A DNA stretch of 64,000 bases from Clostridia bacterium (GTDB lineage: Bacteria > Bacillota > Clostridia > TANB77 > CAG-508). The stretch spans positions 3,361 through 67,360 of the forward strand of contig JAFWNQ010000013.1 in NCBI GenBank assembly GCA_017510245.1, given 5' to 3'. The notes beneath the pieces are model-generated. The model was given only the letters and a program-made list of their open reading frames with translations, was not told the origin of the DNA and searched no databases. Position numbers and translations under genes: made by a program. Below are positions 1 through 10,404 of the stretch, piece by piece (position 1 is the first letter of the stretch; each line of letters begins with the position of its first letter).

Positions 1-2521
1 TATTACAGATTTAAGTATGCTAGAAGGAAACAAATTGTATATGATTGACTTATCAGGAAATAAAAACATTAACAATTTAGATAAAATAAAAAATGTTGCT
101 TCTATCACATATAAAAATGGAGGGATAACTGACTTATCAATTTTTAATGACTTTGAAGCATCTGAATTATATTTATCAGAAAATGAAATAACAGATTATT
201 CCGTAATAGATCAAAATGAAAATGTTTATATACTAGATTTATCTTATAATAATATTTCTGATATTTCTTACATAGATGGAAAACAAATCTTTCTTGAAGG
301 AAATTATATTATGCCAAGGGCTTGGATTCCATACAATGTTAGATCAATAAAAAAGCAAACATATATAGAATCTTTAAAAGTAGATATAACAAGAGATAAT
401 ATTTTTCAAGATATTGCTGCAAATTTAAGTGAATTTCACGAAAATGGTATTAATTTTCAGATAACAAATGCAACCATTGATTATGATAAAAAAATATTTA
501 AAATTGATGACTATGATAAAGATGTAGTAATAAAATTCTTAAATGGAAATTTTGAAGGAAGCTCAATTACATATAAAATAGAAAGAATAGAAGGATCTGA
601 AATTTCTTATATATTTTTAGATAGAAGTAAAATTAAAAATATATATTTAGAAGGCGACAGCATTAGTAAAAATGATATTACTGTTTATGCATATTATGAC
701 AATGATAGTTGTAATGAGATAGCAGATTATACGATTGAAGGCGGTGACAGTTTAATTGTAGGAGAAAATGAAATAATAATTAAAAAAGATAATTTTGAAA
801 ACTATATATCAGCATTTGCAGTTCCAAAAGATAGTGTTATAGAACTAAATTTTGAAAATAAAGACATATATTCTTCTGTCTTAAATCAACTAAAAGAAAT
901 GGAAAAAGAAAGGATTTTTTATCCAGATTATTATGATCATACTTATATAATTGTTGATAGTAATGACTCAAAACAAAAAATATTAATGCTAAAAGAAGCT
1001 CTAATGGATATTTCATATCTAAATATTAGCAATGATGAAATAACAAAAATAGATGATATTAAACAATTAAAAGGTTTATCAGGAATTAGTTTAAATGGGA
1101 AAAATATTGAAGATATTTCTGCATTAAAAACAATTAAATCTTATTTAGACTCTAGGGATGATTTGATGGACTATGAGAAATATATTGGATTGTCTTTAAA
1201 AAATAATGAGAAGATAACAAGCATAGATGATAATATTTATAACTCTTTAACACTAAATAATACTAAAATTGAATCAATTAATAGTTTGACTAACTTAAAA
1301 TCTATACAGTTTACTGGAAACAAAATGCTGGAAATGGATAATCTAGTAGACAAATTAAGAATAATAAATATAAGTGTAAAAACAAGTAAAGAAGATACAG
1401 ATAAAGATGAAGAAGGAAATATTATTCTTCCAAAAATAATTAAAACATACAAAGATAAAGGTTTTGAAATAAATGCAACTATATATGATAAGCTAAGAGA
1501 TGAGCATTATATTAATTCAGCTGATACAACAAACTTAGAATTAAAAGAATTAAATGGTAATATAATAATTGATTATAATGATTTAAAGGAATTAGAATAT
1601 AATGGAATAGAACAATACATAGAAGTAAATATTGTCGATAATAATTATGAATATGCTGACTTTAGCTTTAAGTATTTAATAGACTATAAAGTATTTGATT
1701 CTTTAGAATTAGAAAAAAAAGAACCAATTGAAATTGAAGAAGATTCAATTCCTGACTTATCTGATGTAGTTATTTATAAAGTATACTCTAATAAAGAGAA
1801 AGAGAAAATTACTGATTTTGAATATGATAAAAATCCTGTTAATGAAGATATTAAGTCAATAGAAATATCATATTCTGAAGATGGAATTACAAAGACTATA
1901 AATGTTCCAATTACAGTTACTGAACATATGCATGAATGGGGAGAATGGATAGTTACAAAAGAGCCTACTGAAAACGAAGAAGGTCAAAAAGAAAGAGTAT
2001 GCTTAAAAAATAAAAATCATAAAGAAATTGCCACAATAGATAAACTACCAGAGATTCAATATAAAATAATTGAAGGAGCAGATCAAACAATTAAAGATGA
2101 TACAAGCAAAGATTTAATAATAAAAATCAATGGAGATTATGAATTATTTGATAAACTATATATTGACAAAAAAGAAGTTGACACAAATAATTATAGAGTT
2201 TCCAAAGAAAATACTCTAATTACAATTTCATCAGATTTTTTAAACACTTTAAGTGCTGGTATGCATTCGGTAAGAGCAACATATATAAATGATAAAGAAG
2301 TTACAACCACATTAACAATTGCTAAAAATGAAACTAATAGTGATGATAATAAAAACAATAACGAGACAGAAAATAAGAATGAGATGATAAAAACAAATAA
2401 TAATATCACAACAAACTCTCCAAAAACAGAAGATAATATAATGATATATGTTTTTATGCTTGTACTTAGTATGGTAGGCTTAATTGGAACAGGAATTTAT
2501 ATAAAAAAAATAGAACTATAA
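1..2521 (+). CDS. Leucine-rich-repeat surface protein with C-terminal hydrophobic anchor (5' partial, frame open to window start)
   Basis: Frame open from nt 2. Repeated LxxLxLxxNxIxDIS LRR units are followed by a Thr/Asn-rich stalk and a C-terminal TM segment (IYVFMLVLSMVGLIGTGIYI) with a KKIEL tail. Confidence 0.6.
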   Translation, partial: ITDLSMLEGNKLYMIDLSGNKNINNLDKIKNVASITYKNGGITDLSIFNDFEASELYLSENEITDYSVIDQNENVYILDLSYNNISDISYIDGKQIFLEGNYIMPRAWIPYNVRSIKKQTYIESLKVDITRDNIFQDIAANLSEFHENGINFQITNATIDYDKKIFKIDDYDKDVVIKFLNGNFEGSSITYKIERIEGSEISYIFLDRSKIKNIYLEGDSISKNDITVYAYYDNDSCNEIADYTIEGGDSLIVGENEIIIKKDNFENYISAFAVPKDSVIELNFENKDIYSSVLNQLKEMEKERIFYPDYYDHTYIIVDSNDSKQKILMLKEALMDISYLNISNDEITKIDDIKQLKGLSGISLNGKNIEDISALKTIKSYLDSRDDLMDYEKYIGLSLKNNEKITSIDDNIYNSLTLNNTKIESINSLTNLKSIQFTGNKMLEMDNLVDKLRIINISVKTSKEDTDKDEEGNIILPKIIKTYKDKGFEINATIYDKLRDEHYINSADTTNLELKELNGNIIIDYNDLKELEYNGIEQYIEVNIVDNNYEYADFSFKYLIDYKVFDSLELEKKEPIEIEEDSIPDLSDVVIYKVYSNKEKEKITDFEYDKNPVNEDIKSIEISYSEDGITKTINVPITVTEHMHEWGEWIVTKEPTENEEGQKERVCLKNKNHKEIATIDKLPEIQYKIIEGADQTIKDDTSKDLIIKINGDYELFDKLYIDKKEVDTNNYRVSKENTLITISSDFLNTLSAGMHSVRATYINDKEVTTTLTIAKNETNSDDNKNNNETENKNEMIKTNNNITTNSPKTEDNIMIYVFMLVLSMVGLIGTGIYIKKIEL

Positions 2522-2665
2522 AAATACAGGTATAAGTGGGATAGACATATCTATCATAACAAAAAGACTTCTTAATTTGTTTTCACTACAAAATATATTT
2601 TCATTTAATACCACATAGAGACATCAAAATAGCTGGATTTTTCTAGAAATTTATGATATAATATT

Positions 2666-3560
2666 GTGAAAACAAAAAAGGAAAGAATATATATGGGATT
2701 TGAAGAAGAATTTTTTGAAATATTAAAACAAAGTGCAATTAAAAGAAGAGATGATTATTTGGCTAGATATGGAAATGAAGAAGAAATGAAACCAGGTGAT
2801 AAATCTTTTTATAGAATAAATTACAAGAATACTACTAGAGTGGCATTAAGAAGATTTAATGATAAGATTAACTGTGGCGGATATGCTTTAGAAATTGATG
2901 AGCGTATGTATCCAAATGAATCAACATTAAGCAGATATGTCTCAAGCATTTTAGAGACTTTTGACTTTGTAAGACTGATCGGAGATGAACCATTAAAAGA
3001 TGATGAGTATTTAGTCTTTTATAGACTATGAAAAAAATAAAGGAATAAACAGAGGTCATCATTTTATAAAAGTTGAAGATGACGGATTAGTAATAGAAAA
3101 GAATGGATATGGACAACCAAGAATTTTTGATGGATGGCATAAAAGATATGAAGGAAGTCCTGAAGTTGCATTTGCAGTAAAAAAAGATCATGATCATTAT
3201 TTTAAACATGGAGATGAAGTAATTGAACTAAAACAAGGATTAGACTTTAGCGAAACAGTTTCAAAAGCTATTGAAGAAAGATCAAATTGTTTTTCGTATC
3301 ATTGTCACAACTATAGACTTAAGAGGAATAAAAATGGTGAAATAATAGTTGTAAATGATAATGGGGAAAGGATTGCAGGTGTATTTTCAAATGGAGATGG
3401 TATATCAGTTAGTGTTGATGATGATAAAAATGAATATGTAGAAAACTTAACTGGACCAGTGCAGCCTATAATACAAAATGGAAGGATGATTAATTTAAGA
3501 GAATTTAGAACCAGAAGAACCAGAAGAGTCAAAAGTGAAAAAGGAGATAACAATAGATAA
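2666..3560 (+). pseudogene. Hypothetical protein split by an apparent +1 frameshift (ORF 2666..3031 continues in the next frame 3015..3560)
   Basis: The second coding-looking frame (KVEDDGLVIEKNGYGQPRIFDGWHKRYEG...) has no start codon and begins right at the stop of the first ORF. The junction lies in a T-run/A7 homopolymer (cttttatagactatgaaaaaaataa). This is either a pseudogene or a sequencing indel. Confidence 0.45.
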
Positions 3561-3598
3561 AGTGTTAATGAGATATTAAGGAAAATTCCTGTAAAAAC

Positions 3599-3627
3599 TT
3601 GACTTTTAGCACAAAAATAGGTATAAT
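3599..3627 (+). promoter_or_regulatory. Sigma-A-type promoter upstream of the rimP-nusA-infB operon
   Basis: TTGACT at 3599-3604, a 17-nt spacer and TATAAT at 3622-3627. A 9-bp hairpin (AGAGTGGAA/TTCCACTCT) follows in the leader. Confidence 0.45.
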
Positions 3628-3713
3628 AATATTGTACATAAAAGAGATAGCAAGAGTGGAAGCCAATTCCACTCTTTACTTGTGTAATTAAATAATAGTA
3701 GGAAGGAAAAATA

Positions 3714-4193
3714 ATGACTAGCACAGAAAGTAAAGTTGAAAAAATAGTTAAGCCGGTTATTGAAAAACTAGGTTATGTACTATATGATGTCATTTATGAA
3801 AAAGAAGGAAAGGATAATTATTTAAGAATATTTATAGACAAAGATGGAATAATCAGCATAAATGACTGTGAAAATGTTAATAATGCTATAACAGATATTT
3901 TAGATGAGAATGATATAATTAAGAATTCATACATGTTAGAAGTATCATCTCCTGGAATAGAAAAAAGGCTTAGAAGTGATGAACATTTAGAACAAAACAT
4001 TGATAAGAAAATTGAAATACACACATTTAAAAATGATGAAAGCACAAATTCAAAAATAATATTAGGATTTTTAAAAGGTTTCGACAACGATTATGTAAAA
4101 ATAGATGTTACAGAAAATGATAAACTAAGGACAATAAGTATTAATAAGAAAAACATTTCAAAAATAACAACAGTATATGATTGGGAGGTATAA
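3714..4193 (+). CDS. rimP: Ribosome maturation factor RimP
   Basis: 159 aa, matching the RimP size and the conserved rimP-nusA-infB gene order. RBS AGGAAGGA upstream. Confidence 0.8.
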   Translation: MTSTESKVEKIVKPVIEKLGYVLYDVIYEKEGKDNYLRIFIDKDGIISINDCENVNNAITDILDENDIIKNSYMLEVSSPGIEKRLRSDEHLEQNIDKKIEIHTFKNDESTNSKIILGFLKGFDNDYVKIDVTENDKLRTISINKKNISKITTVYDWEV

Positions 4194-4199
4194 TATAAA

Positions 4200-5378
4200 A
4201 TGAAGAGAAAAGCTAAGAAGATTGAAAAAAGAGGCATTGACACAAAGGAACTACTTGAAGCAATGGATGAATTAGAAAAAACTCAGGGGGTTAAAAAGGA
4301 AGTTTTAATGGAATCTATTGAACAAGCTTTAGTACTTGCATATAAAAGAAACTTCGAATGCTCAGATGAGAACATTAAAGTTGAGCTAAACAAAGGTGAT
4401 GGACAAATGCATGTTTATCAGCTTAAAGACATAGTTAAAAAAGTTGAAGATGATAAAAAAGAAATATCTTTAAAAGATGCCAAAAAAGTTGATAAGAATT
4501 TTAAAGAAGGTGATGTTGCTCAGATTGAGCTAATTCCAAAAGAATTTGGTCGAATTGCAGCTCAGACAGCAAAACAAGTAATAACACAGAAAATTAGAGA
4601 AGCTTCTAGAGATGTTATTTTTACAGAATTTGCAGGTAAAAAGGGAGAAATTGTTACAGGTTTAGTTCAAAAGGCAGATAATAGAGTAGTAATAATGGAT
4701 CTTGGTAAGATTGAAGGAATTATGCCTAAAAAGGAGCAAATTCCAACTGAAAAGTATAATGTTAATGATAAAGTTAAAGCTTGTATTATTAGTGTTGAAA
4801 AAGGTGTTAAAGGATCAACACAAATTATTCTTTCAAGATCAAGTATTGATTTTGTTAAAAAGTTATTTGAAATAGAAATTCCAGAAATATATGAAGGCGT
4901 AATAGAAATAAAGAGTATTTCAAGAGATGCTGGTTCAAGAAGTAAAGTAGCTGTATACTCTCCAAATCCAAATATAGATCCTGTAGGATCATGTGTTGGA
5001 CAAAAAGGGATTCGTATTCAAAATATTATTAATGAATTAAATGGAGAAAAAATTGATGTTATAGAATGGAATGAAGATCCATCAATATTTATTTCTGTAG
5101 CTTTAGCTCCAGCAAAAGTATTAGCTGTTGATGTAAGAGAGGATGAAGAAGGAAGATTTGCTCAGGTTATAGTACCAGATGATCAATTATCATTAGCTAT
5201 AGGTAAGGCTGGCCAAAATGCTAAGTTAGCAGCTAAACTTACCGAATGGAAAATAGACATTAAGAGTGAATCTCAGTTTAGAAAGATGTTAGAAGAAGCT
5301 GAACTAGGTGAAGAAGACTCTGAAGAAATAATAGAAGAGAATTTTGAAAATGATTCATCTGATGATATAGATGAATAA
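4200..5378 (+). CDS. nusA: Transcription termination/antitermination factor NusA
   Basis: 392 aa with an S1/KH-like domain layout (GKKGEIVTG...; tandem KH region GxxGxxI). An acidic C-terminal tail is present. Sits between rimP and infB. Confidence 0.85.
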   Translation: MKRKAKKIEKRGIDTKELLEAMDELEKTQGVKKEVLMESIEQALVLAYKRNFECSDENIKVELNKGDGQMHVYQLKDIVKKVEDDKKEISLKDAKKVDKNFKEGDVAQIELIPKEFGRIAAQTAKQVITQKIREASRDVIFTEFAGKKGEIVTGLVQKADNRVVIMDLGKIEGIMPKKEQIPTEKYNVNDKVKACIISVEKGVKGSTQIILSRSSIDFVKKLFEIEIPEIYEGVIEIKSISRDAGSRSKVAVYSPNPNIDPVGSCVGQKGIRIQNIINELNGEKIDVIEWNEDPSIFISVALAPAKVLAVDVREDEEGRFAQVIVPDDQLSLAIGKAGQNAKLAAKLTEWKIDIKSESQFRKMLEEAELGEEDSEEIIEENFENDSSDDIDE

Positions 5379-5486
5379 GATGAAAGAATTAGAATAAAGT
5401 TATAATAAGTTGTAAAGGGGCAAAGTATTGAATATATTTAATGAAATTTTAACAAGAAATGATTTTATTAAAGAGGAGGTGATTTA

Positions 5487-8330
5487 ATGGGAAAGAAAAA
5501 AGTATATGAATTAGCAAAAGAATTAGATATTAATAGTAAAGAATTAATTTCTATAGCAAAAAAACTAGGAATTGAATTAAAAAGTCACCTAAGTACATTA
5601 GAAGATAATGATGTGGAAAAAATTAAGAATAGTGCTAATAAAAAAGAAAATACAAAACCTCCTAAAAAGGAAAAAGAGGATATTAAAACTACTGGACAGG
5701 TAATTATTAGAAGAAAAGTTATTGTTGATGAAGAAGATATTAAGAAACAAGAACAACCTAAATCTAGTAAAGAAGGAATAGGCTTTACAGAAAGACGAAA
5801 CAAAGATTTCAATATTGTTTATAGAGAAAAACCAACAAGGCCAATGACTGTTAGTGAGTTATTTGGAATTAAGCCTAAAAATAATAAAAAGGAAGTTGAA
5901 AAGCCTAAAGTAGAGAAAAAAGTAGAAGAAAAGCCAAATACTGAGGCTGTTAAAGAAGTAAAAACTGAGGAAAAAACTAAGGCGACAAAAGTTGAAAATG
6001 AAGTTAAGACTCAAAAACAAGTAAAAACTGAATTCAACAGAAACAATAATAACTTCCAAAATGGCTATCAAAGAGGTAATAATTACAACAATAGAAACAA
6101 CAATAATATAAGAAATAATAATAACAATAACTTTAATAGAAATAATAATGTTAATTTTAACAGAAATAGAAATAATAATAACAATAATAATAGTAGCTTT
6201 AATAATAGAGATTCATTCAATAATAGGACAGGATTTAATAGTAATCGTCGACTTCAAAATAGGCAAAATGAAGAACCAATAACAACTGAATTCCTAGAAA
6301 AAGAAAATCAAAGAGATTATACATCTAAATTTATTGATAAACAAAAAGCAAATAGAAATTTTGAAGAGAAAAAGAAGAATACTAAATCTAGAAGATTTTC
6401 TCAAAATGATAATTTTAGTGAAGACAGATTAAGAGATTTAAAACAGGTGAAGAATCTTTCTAATATGTTTGGTGACCAAGAAGGTGGAATGCTTGACTAT
6501 TATGATTTATCAAATAATAAGGGAAATAGAAGAAGAAAAACAAAGAAAAATTCTAGTAGTACAAAGCAGCAAATATTTGAACTAAAAGAGATTACTATAC
6601 CTGAAAATATTTCTGTTAAAGATTTGGCTACAGAATTAAAGAAGACAAGTGCGGACGTTTTAAAGAAACTTATGGAATTAGGTATTATGGCAAATCTAAA
6701 TCAAGAGTTGGATTTTGATACATCATATTTAGTTGCCGATAGTTTTGGAGTAACAGCAAATAAAAAAGAAGTTATCAGTGATGAAGACATTTTATTTGAT
6801 GATTCTGAGGATAAGGAAGAAGATTTAGAAAAGAGACCTCCTGTTGTTGTAGTAATGGGACACGTAGACCATGGAAAAACTTCTCTATTAGATGCAATTA
6901 GAAATACTAATGTTATTGAAGGAGAGGCTGGTGGAATTACACAGCATATAGGTGCATATAAGGTAAAAGTTAATGATAGAGAAATAACATTTTTAGATAC
7001 CCCAGGACATGAAGCTTTTACTAGTATGCGTGCAAGAGGAGCTCAGATAACAGATATTGCAATATTAATTGTTGCAGCAGATGATGGAGTAATGCCTCAA
7101 ACAATTGAAGCTATAAACCATGCAAAAGCAGCAGAAATACCAATAATAGTAGCTATTAATAAAATTGATTTACCAGGTGCAAATGTTGAGAAAGTAAAAC
7201 AAGAATTAATGAAATATGAACTAGTACCAGAAGAATGGGGGGGAGATACAATTTTTGTACCAATCTCAGCTAGACAAAATATCAATATTGATAATTTACT
7301 AGAAATGGTGTTATTACAGGCTGATATATTAGAACTAAAAGCAAATCCAAATAGACAATCAAAGGGTACAGTTATTGAAGCAAGACTTGATAGAACACAA
7401 GGACCAGTTGCAGCATTATTAGTACAAAGAGGAACACTAAATGTTGGAGATACTATAATAGTTGGATCTTCAATAGGTAGAATAAGAACAATGACTAATG
7501 ATAAAGGCAAGAACGTAAAAGTTGCCGGACCATCAACTCCAGTTAGGGTTACAGGATTAAAGACTTTACCTGAAGCAGGTGATACATTCTACGAAGTTAA
7601 GAATGAGAAAGTTGCAAAACATCTTATTGAACAAAGAAAACTGGAAAATAGAGAAAAAACAATTGCAAATGATAATTTAGTAACACTAGACAATTTATTC
7701 CAAAAACTTGAAAGTGAAGGATTAAAACAACTTAATATAATTGTTAAAACTGATGTTCAAGGTACTGCTGAAGCATTAAAAACATCTCTTGAAAAATTGT
7801 CTAATGAAGAGGTAAGAGTAAAAGTATTGCATGCAACTGCAGGTGGAGTTACAGAAACAGATATAGACTTAGCAAAAGCAGCAAATGCAATAGTAATAGC
7901 ATTTAATGTAAGACCAGTAGGAGCAGCACAGAAAAAAGCAGAATTAGAGCAAGTTGAAATTAAGCAATATTCAATTATTTACCAAGTACTAGAAGATGTA
8001 GAAGATGCAATGAAAGGAATGTTAGAACCAGAATACAGAGAAGTAAATATTGGAAATGCTGAGGTTAGACAAACATTCAAAGTTTCAAATGTTGGAACAA
8101 TTGCAGGATGCTATGTAATAGATGGTAAAGTTGAAAGAAATGCAGGTGTTAGAGTAATTAGAGAAGGTGTTGTAATACATGATGGAAAACTTGTTTCACT
8201 AAAAAGATTTAAGGATGATGCAAAAGAAGTATCTAAAGGATTTGAATGTGGTATGCAAATTGAAGATTATGATGATATTAAAGTTGGAGATACTATAGAA
8301 GCATATATACAAGAAGAAATAAAAAGATAG
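5487..8330 (+). CDS. infB: Translation initiation factor IF-2, with a long Asn-rich low-complexity N-terminal region
   Basis: GTPase motifs [13 protein letters not shown] and NKID are present. The C-terminal domain is IF-2 type. Strong RBS AGAGGAGGTG. Confidence 0.95.
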   Translation: MGKKKVYELAKELDINSKELISIAKKLGIELKSHLSTLEDNDVEKIKNSANKKENTKPPKKEKEDIKTTGQVIIRRKVIVDEEDIKKQEQPKSSKEGIGFTERRNKDFNIVYREKPTRPMTVSELFGIKPKNNKKEVEKPKVEKKVEEKPNTEAVKEVKTEEKTKATKVENEVKTQKQVKTEFNRNNNNFQNGYQRGNNYNNRNNNNIRNNNNNNFNRNNNVNFNRNRNNNNNNNSSFNNRDSFNNRTGFNSNRRLQNRQNEEPITTEFLEKENQRDYTSKFIDKQKANRNFEEKKKNTKSRRFSQNDNFSEDRLRDLKQVKNLSNMFGDQEGGMLDYYDLSNNKGNRRRKTKKNSSSTKQQIFELKEITIPENISVKDLATELKKTSADVLKKLMELGIMANLNQELDFDTSYLVADSFGVTANKKEVISDEDILFDDSEDKEEDLEKRPPVVVVMGHVDHGKTSLLDAIRNTNVIEGEAGGITQHIGAYKVKVNDREITFLDTPGHEAFTSMRARGAQITDIAILIVAADDGVMPQTIEAINHAKAAEIPIIVAINKIDLPGANVEKVKQELMKYELVPEEWGGDTIFVPISARQNINIDNLLEMVLLQADILELKANPNRQSKGTVIEARLDRTQGPVAALLVQRGTLNVGDTIIVGSSIGRIRTMTNDKGKNVKVAGPSTPVRVTGLKTLPEAGDTFYEVKNEKVAKHLIEQRKLENREKTIANDNLVTLDNLFQKLESEGLKQLNIIVKTDVQGTAEALKTSLEKLSNEEVRVKVLHATAGGVTETDIDLAKAANAIVIAFNVRPVGAAQKKAELEQVEIKQYSIIYQVLEDVEDAMKGMLEPEYREVNIGNAEVRQTFKVSNVGTIAGCYVIDGKVERNAGVRVIREGVVIHDGKLVSLKRFKDDAKEVSKGFECGMQIEDYDDIKVGDTIEAYIQEEIKR

Positions 8331-8399
8331 TAAATACATTTATTTCTATTAAAGTTAAAAATGTTATAATGTTATAATATTAAAATATTAAAATATTAA

Positions 8400-8546
8400 A
8401 ACTTTACTGTCGGTACTTATGAGGCTACAAAAATTGGCGATAAATATTGGCTTTTCACTATATCTAAATATGCCAATTTTTGAGCCAGAATTGAAAGAGC
8501 CTCTAATCGCCCTAAGTTACACTCAGGCTGAGTGCTGCGCGTTTTC
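8400..8546 (+). ncRNA. Candidate structured RNA / sRNA in the infB-rbfA intergenic region
   Basis: Nested inverted repeats gaggct(8421)/agcctc(8498), aaaaattggc(8429)/gccaattttt(8472) and ggcgat/atcgcc. A terminal hairpin CACTCAG-gc-CTGAGTG is followed by a T-run. Tandem TATAAT boxes (tgttataatgttataat) lie upstream. No protein-coding frame. Confidence 0.25.
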
Positions 8547-8655
8547 TAATTTTAAATTATAATATTCAACTCGATAAGTTTTGAAGCAAAAAACTATTAA
8601 ATCAATACATAGAATAAGTTGTATTGTATAATGAGAGCAATAGAAAGGAAATTTT

Positions 8656-9009
8656 ATGGGAAGCAATCCAAACAGATTGGCTAGAATAAATGAAGAATTA
8701 AAAAAAGAAATAAGCCAAGTTATCAACTACGAACTTAATAATTCAAATGTGACTGGAATGATAAGTGTAACAAGAGTCAAAATATCACCAGACTTAAGAT
8801 ATGCAAAAGTATATGTTAGTATTTTTCAATCTAAAAATGTAGTAAAAACATTGGAAGGATTAAAAAAATCTGAAGGATTTATAAGATCAAGAATAGCAAA
8901 TACAATAAATTTAAGAACTACACCAGAACTAGTATTTGTACACGATGATTCAGAAGAACAAGGTGCAAGGATCGACAAAATATTGAGAGAATTAAACGAA
9001 AACAAATAA
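8656..9009 (+). CDS. rbfA: Ribosome-binding factor A
   Basis: 117 aa, at the conserved position downstream of infB. RbfA-like KH fold sequence (RINEELKKEISQVI...). Confidence 0.85.
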   Translation: MGSNPNRLARINEELKKEISQVINYELNNSNVTGMISVTRVKISPDLRYAKVYVSIFQSKNVVKTLEGLKKSEGFIRSRIANTINLRTTPELVFVHDDSEEQGARIDKILRELNENK

Positions 9010-9123
9010 AGTCAAAGAAATCTGCCAAAAGTGAAAAGAATTATTATAAAAGTAATAGATGAAATATATATCATAGTGAATAATGATATTTGACTATTTT
9101 GGCATAAGGAAAGGAAGAAACTG

Positions 9124-10077
9124 ATGTCAACATTAGATGAAATTAAAAATAAAATAGAAGATGCAGAAAAAATAGCATTACTTGTACATGAGAACCCGGA
9201 TGGAGATGCTATCGGATCAGGTTTAGCAATGTACTTATCGTTGAAGAGATTAGATAAAGATGTAGAACTAATTATTCCAAAATACCCAAGAGTTTTTACA
9301 AATTTACCTCATATAGAAGAGGTTAAAGAAACTGGAAGTTATGATAAGTATGATTTAGCTATATCATTAGACTGTGCAACAATTAAATTATTAAATGGAT
9401 GGGTTAATTATTTTGAAGATGCAAATGACAGAATAGTTATAGACCACCACAGTTCAAATGAAATGTTTGGTGATATTAATTTTGTAGAACCAACATCTCC
9501 AGCTTGTTGCCAAACTTTGTATCAAATGTTTAAATTTTATAACTGGGAAGTAGATAATGAAATAGGAACATGTTTAATGGCTGGAATTATAACAGATACA
9601 GGTGGATTCCAATATTCTGGAGTATCTAAAGAAACTTTTGAAATAGTATCAGAATTAATTGAATTAGGAGTTAATATCCCTAAGCTATATAAACAATTGT
9701 TATCTACCAACACAAAAACTAGTTTTGAATTAAGAAAATTAGCAATGGATAGAATGGAGTTTCTTGAGGACGGTAAGATTACATTTACATATATAACAAT
9801 AGAAGATGAAGAAAAAATAAATGCTGAAAACGGTGACTATGAAGGTATTGTTAATGAAGGAAGAAATATTGAAGGAGTTGAAGTATCAATATTCTTACAT
9901 GAGCAAAATGATGGATTCAAAGCATCACTTAGAGCTAATGAGTATGTGAATGTTTCAGACGTATGTCTAATGTTTGGTGGAGGAGGACATCCAAGAGCAG
10001 CAGGTGCTAAATTCCAAGGAACACCTCAAGAAATAAAAGAGAAAATAGTTCAAGAAGTAAAAAGACAATTAAAATAG
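9124..10077 (+). CDS. nrnA: DHH/DHHA1 family phosphoesterase (NrnA-like bifunctional oligoribonuclease/pAp phosphatase)
   Basis: DHH motif (IDHH) and DHHA1 motif GGGGHPRAAG are present. Conserved position after rbfA. Confidence 0.8.
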   Translation: MSTLDEIKNKIEDAEKIALLVHENPDGDAIGSGLAMYLSLKRLDKDVELIIPKYPRVFTNLPHIEEVKETGSYDKYDLAISLDCATIKLLNGWVNYFEDANDRIVIDHHSSNEMFGDINFVEPTSPACCQTLYQMFKFYNWEVDNEIGTCLMAGIITDTGGFQYSGVSKETFEIVSELIELGVNIPKLYKQLLSTNTKTSFELRKLAMDRMEFLEDGKITFTYITIEDEEKINAENGDYEGIVNEGRNIEGVEVSIFLHEQNDGFKASLRANEYVNVSDVCLMFGGGGHPRAAGAKFQGTPQEIKEKIVQEVKRQLK

Positions 10078-10085
10078 ACATGTGC

Positions 10086-10140
10086 AGACTTGGGGACGTC
10101 CATTAAAAGTCTAAGTCAATGGAGAAGCCATTGGGGACGG
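10086..10140. repeat. Solo copy of the GGGACGTCC-core palindromic repeat (hairpin AGACTT-GGGGACGTCCATTAA-AAGTCT), plus a second GGGGACGG motif
   Basis: Same 19-nt core (TTGGGGACGTCCATTAA) as the elements at 15227 and 15379 (inverted). Lies immediately after the nrnA stop. Confidence 0.5.
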
Positions 10141-10186
10141 AGAATTATGGTAATAAAAACCTAAATCATGAAAATAAACAAAACAC

Positions 10187-10215
10187 TTGACTATTATAGG
10201 GTTAGATAGTATAAT
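10187..10215 (+). promoter_or_regulatory. Promoter of the metK leader
   Basis: TTGACT at 10187-10192, a 17-nt spacer and TATAAT at 10210-10215. Confidence 0.5.
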
Positions 10216-10235
10216 TAGTATTGTAAAATTTAATA

Positions 10236-10381
10236 AATATGTTATCAAGAGTGGACGAGAGAATCGGCTCAATGACTCCACAGCAACCTACAAAAAGGTG
10301 CTAATACCGACAAAGCAAAAGCTTTGAATGATGACTATAATAAAGTCTAAATTGAGCTTTGCTTTTGCAAAGCTTTTTTTG
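10236..10381 (+). promoter_or_regulatory. SAM-I riboswitch (S-box) with intrinsic terminator, upstream of metK
   Basis: S-box consensus blocks TTATCAAGAGTGGACGAGAGA...GGCTCAATGACTCCACAGCAACC...AAGGTGCTAATACCGACAAAGC. Followed by the terminator AGCTTTGC-tttt-GCAAAGCT plus T7. Confidence 0.85.
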
Positions 10382-10404
10382 ATAGCATTAGAAAGGAATA
10401 AAAG

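Noticed and set aside
5379-5486. 19-codon TTG-initiated ORF between nusA and infB as a YlxR-like remnant
   Set aside because: It is far too short (YlxR is about 90 aa) and has no conserved motif.
7097-7510. Minus-strand 137-aa ORF inside infB. Similar antisense ORFs lie at 25729..26397, 37829..38257, 47780..48139 and 36208..36489
   Set aside because: Each is fully embedded in a well-supported CDS on the other strand or frame, has low-complexity hydrophobic translations and no RBS. They are treated as spurious.
8363-8405. Short tandem repeats (tgttataat x2, tattaaaa x3) considered as possible CRISPR or minisatellite
   Set aside because: The units are 8-9 nt with no spacers. They are too short and AT-rich for a CRISPR array and are more likely promoter -10 duplications.
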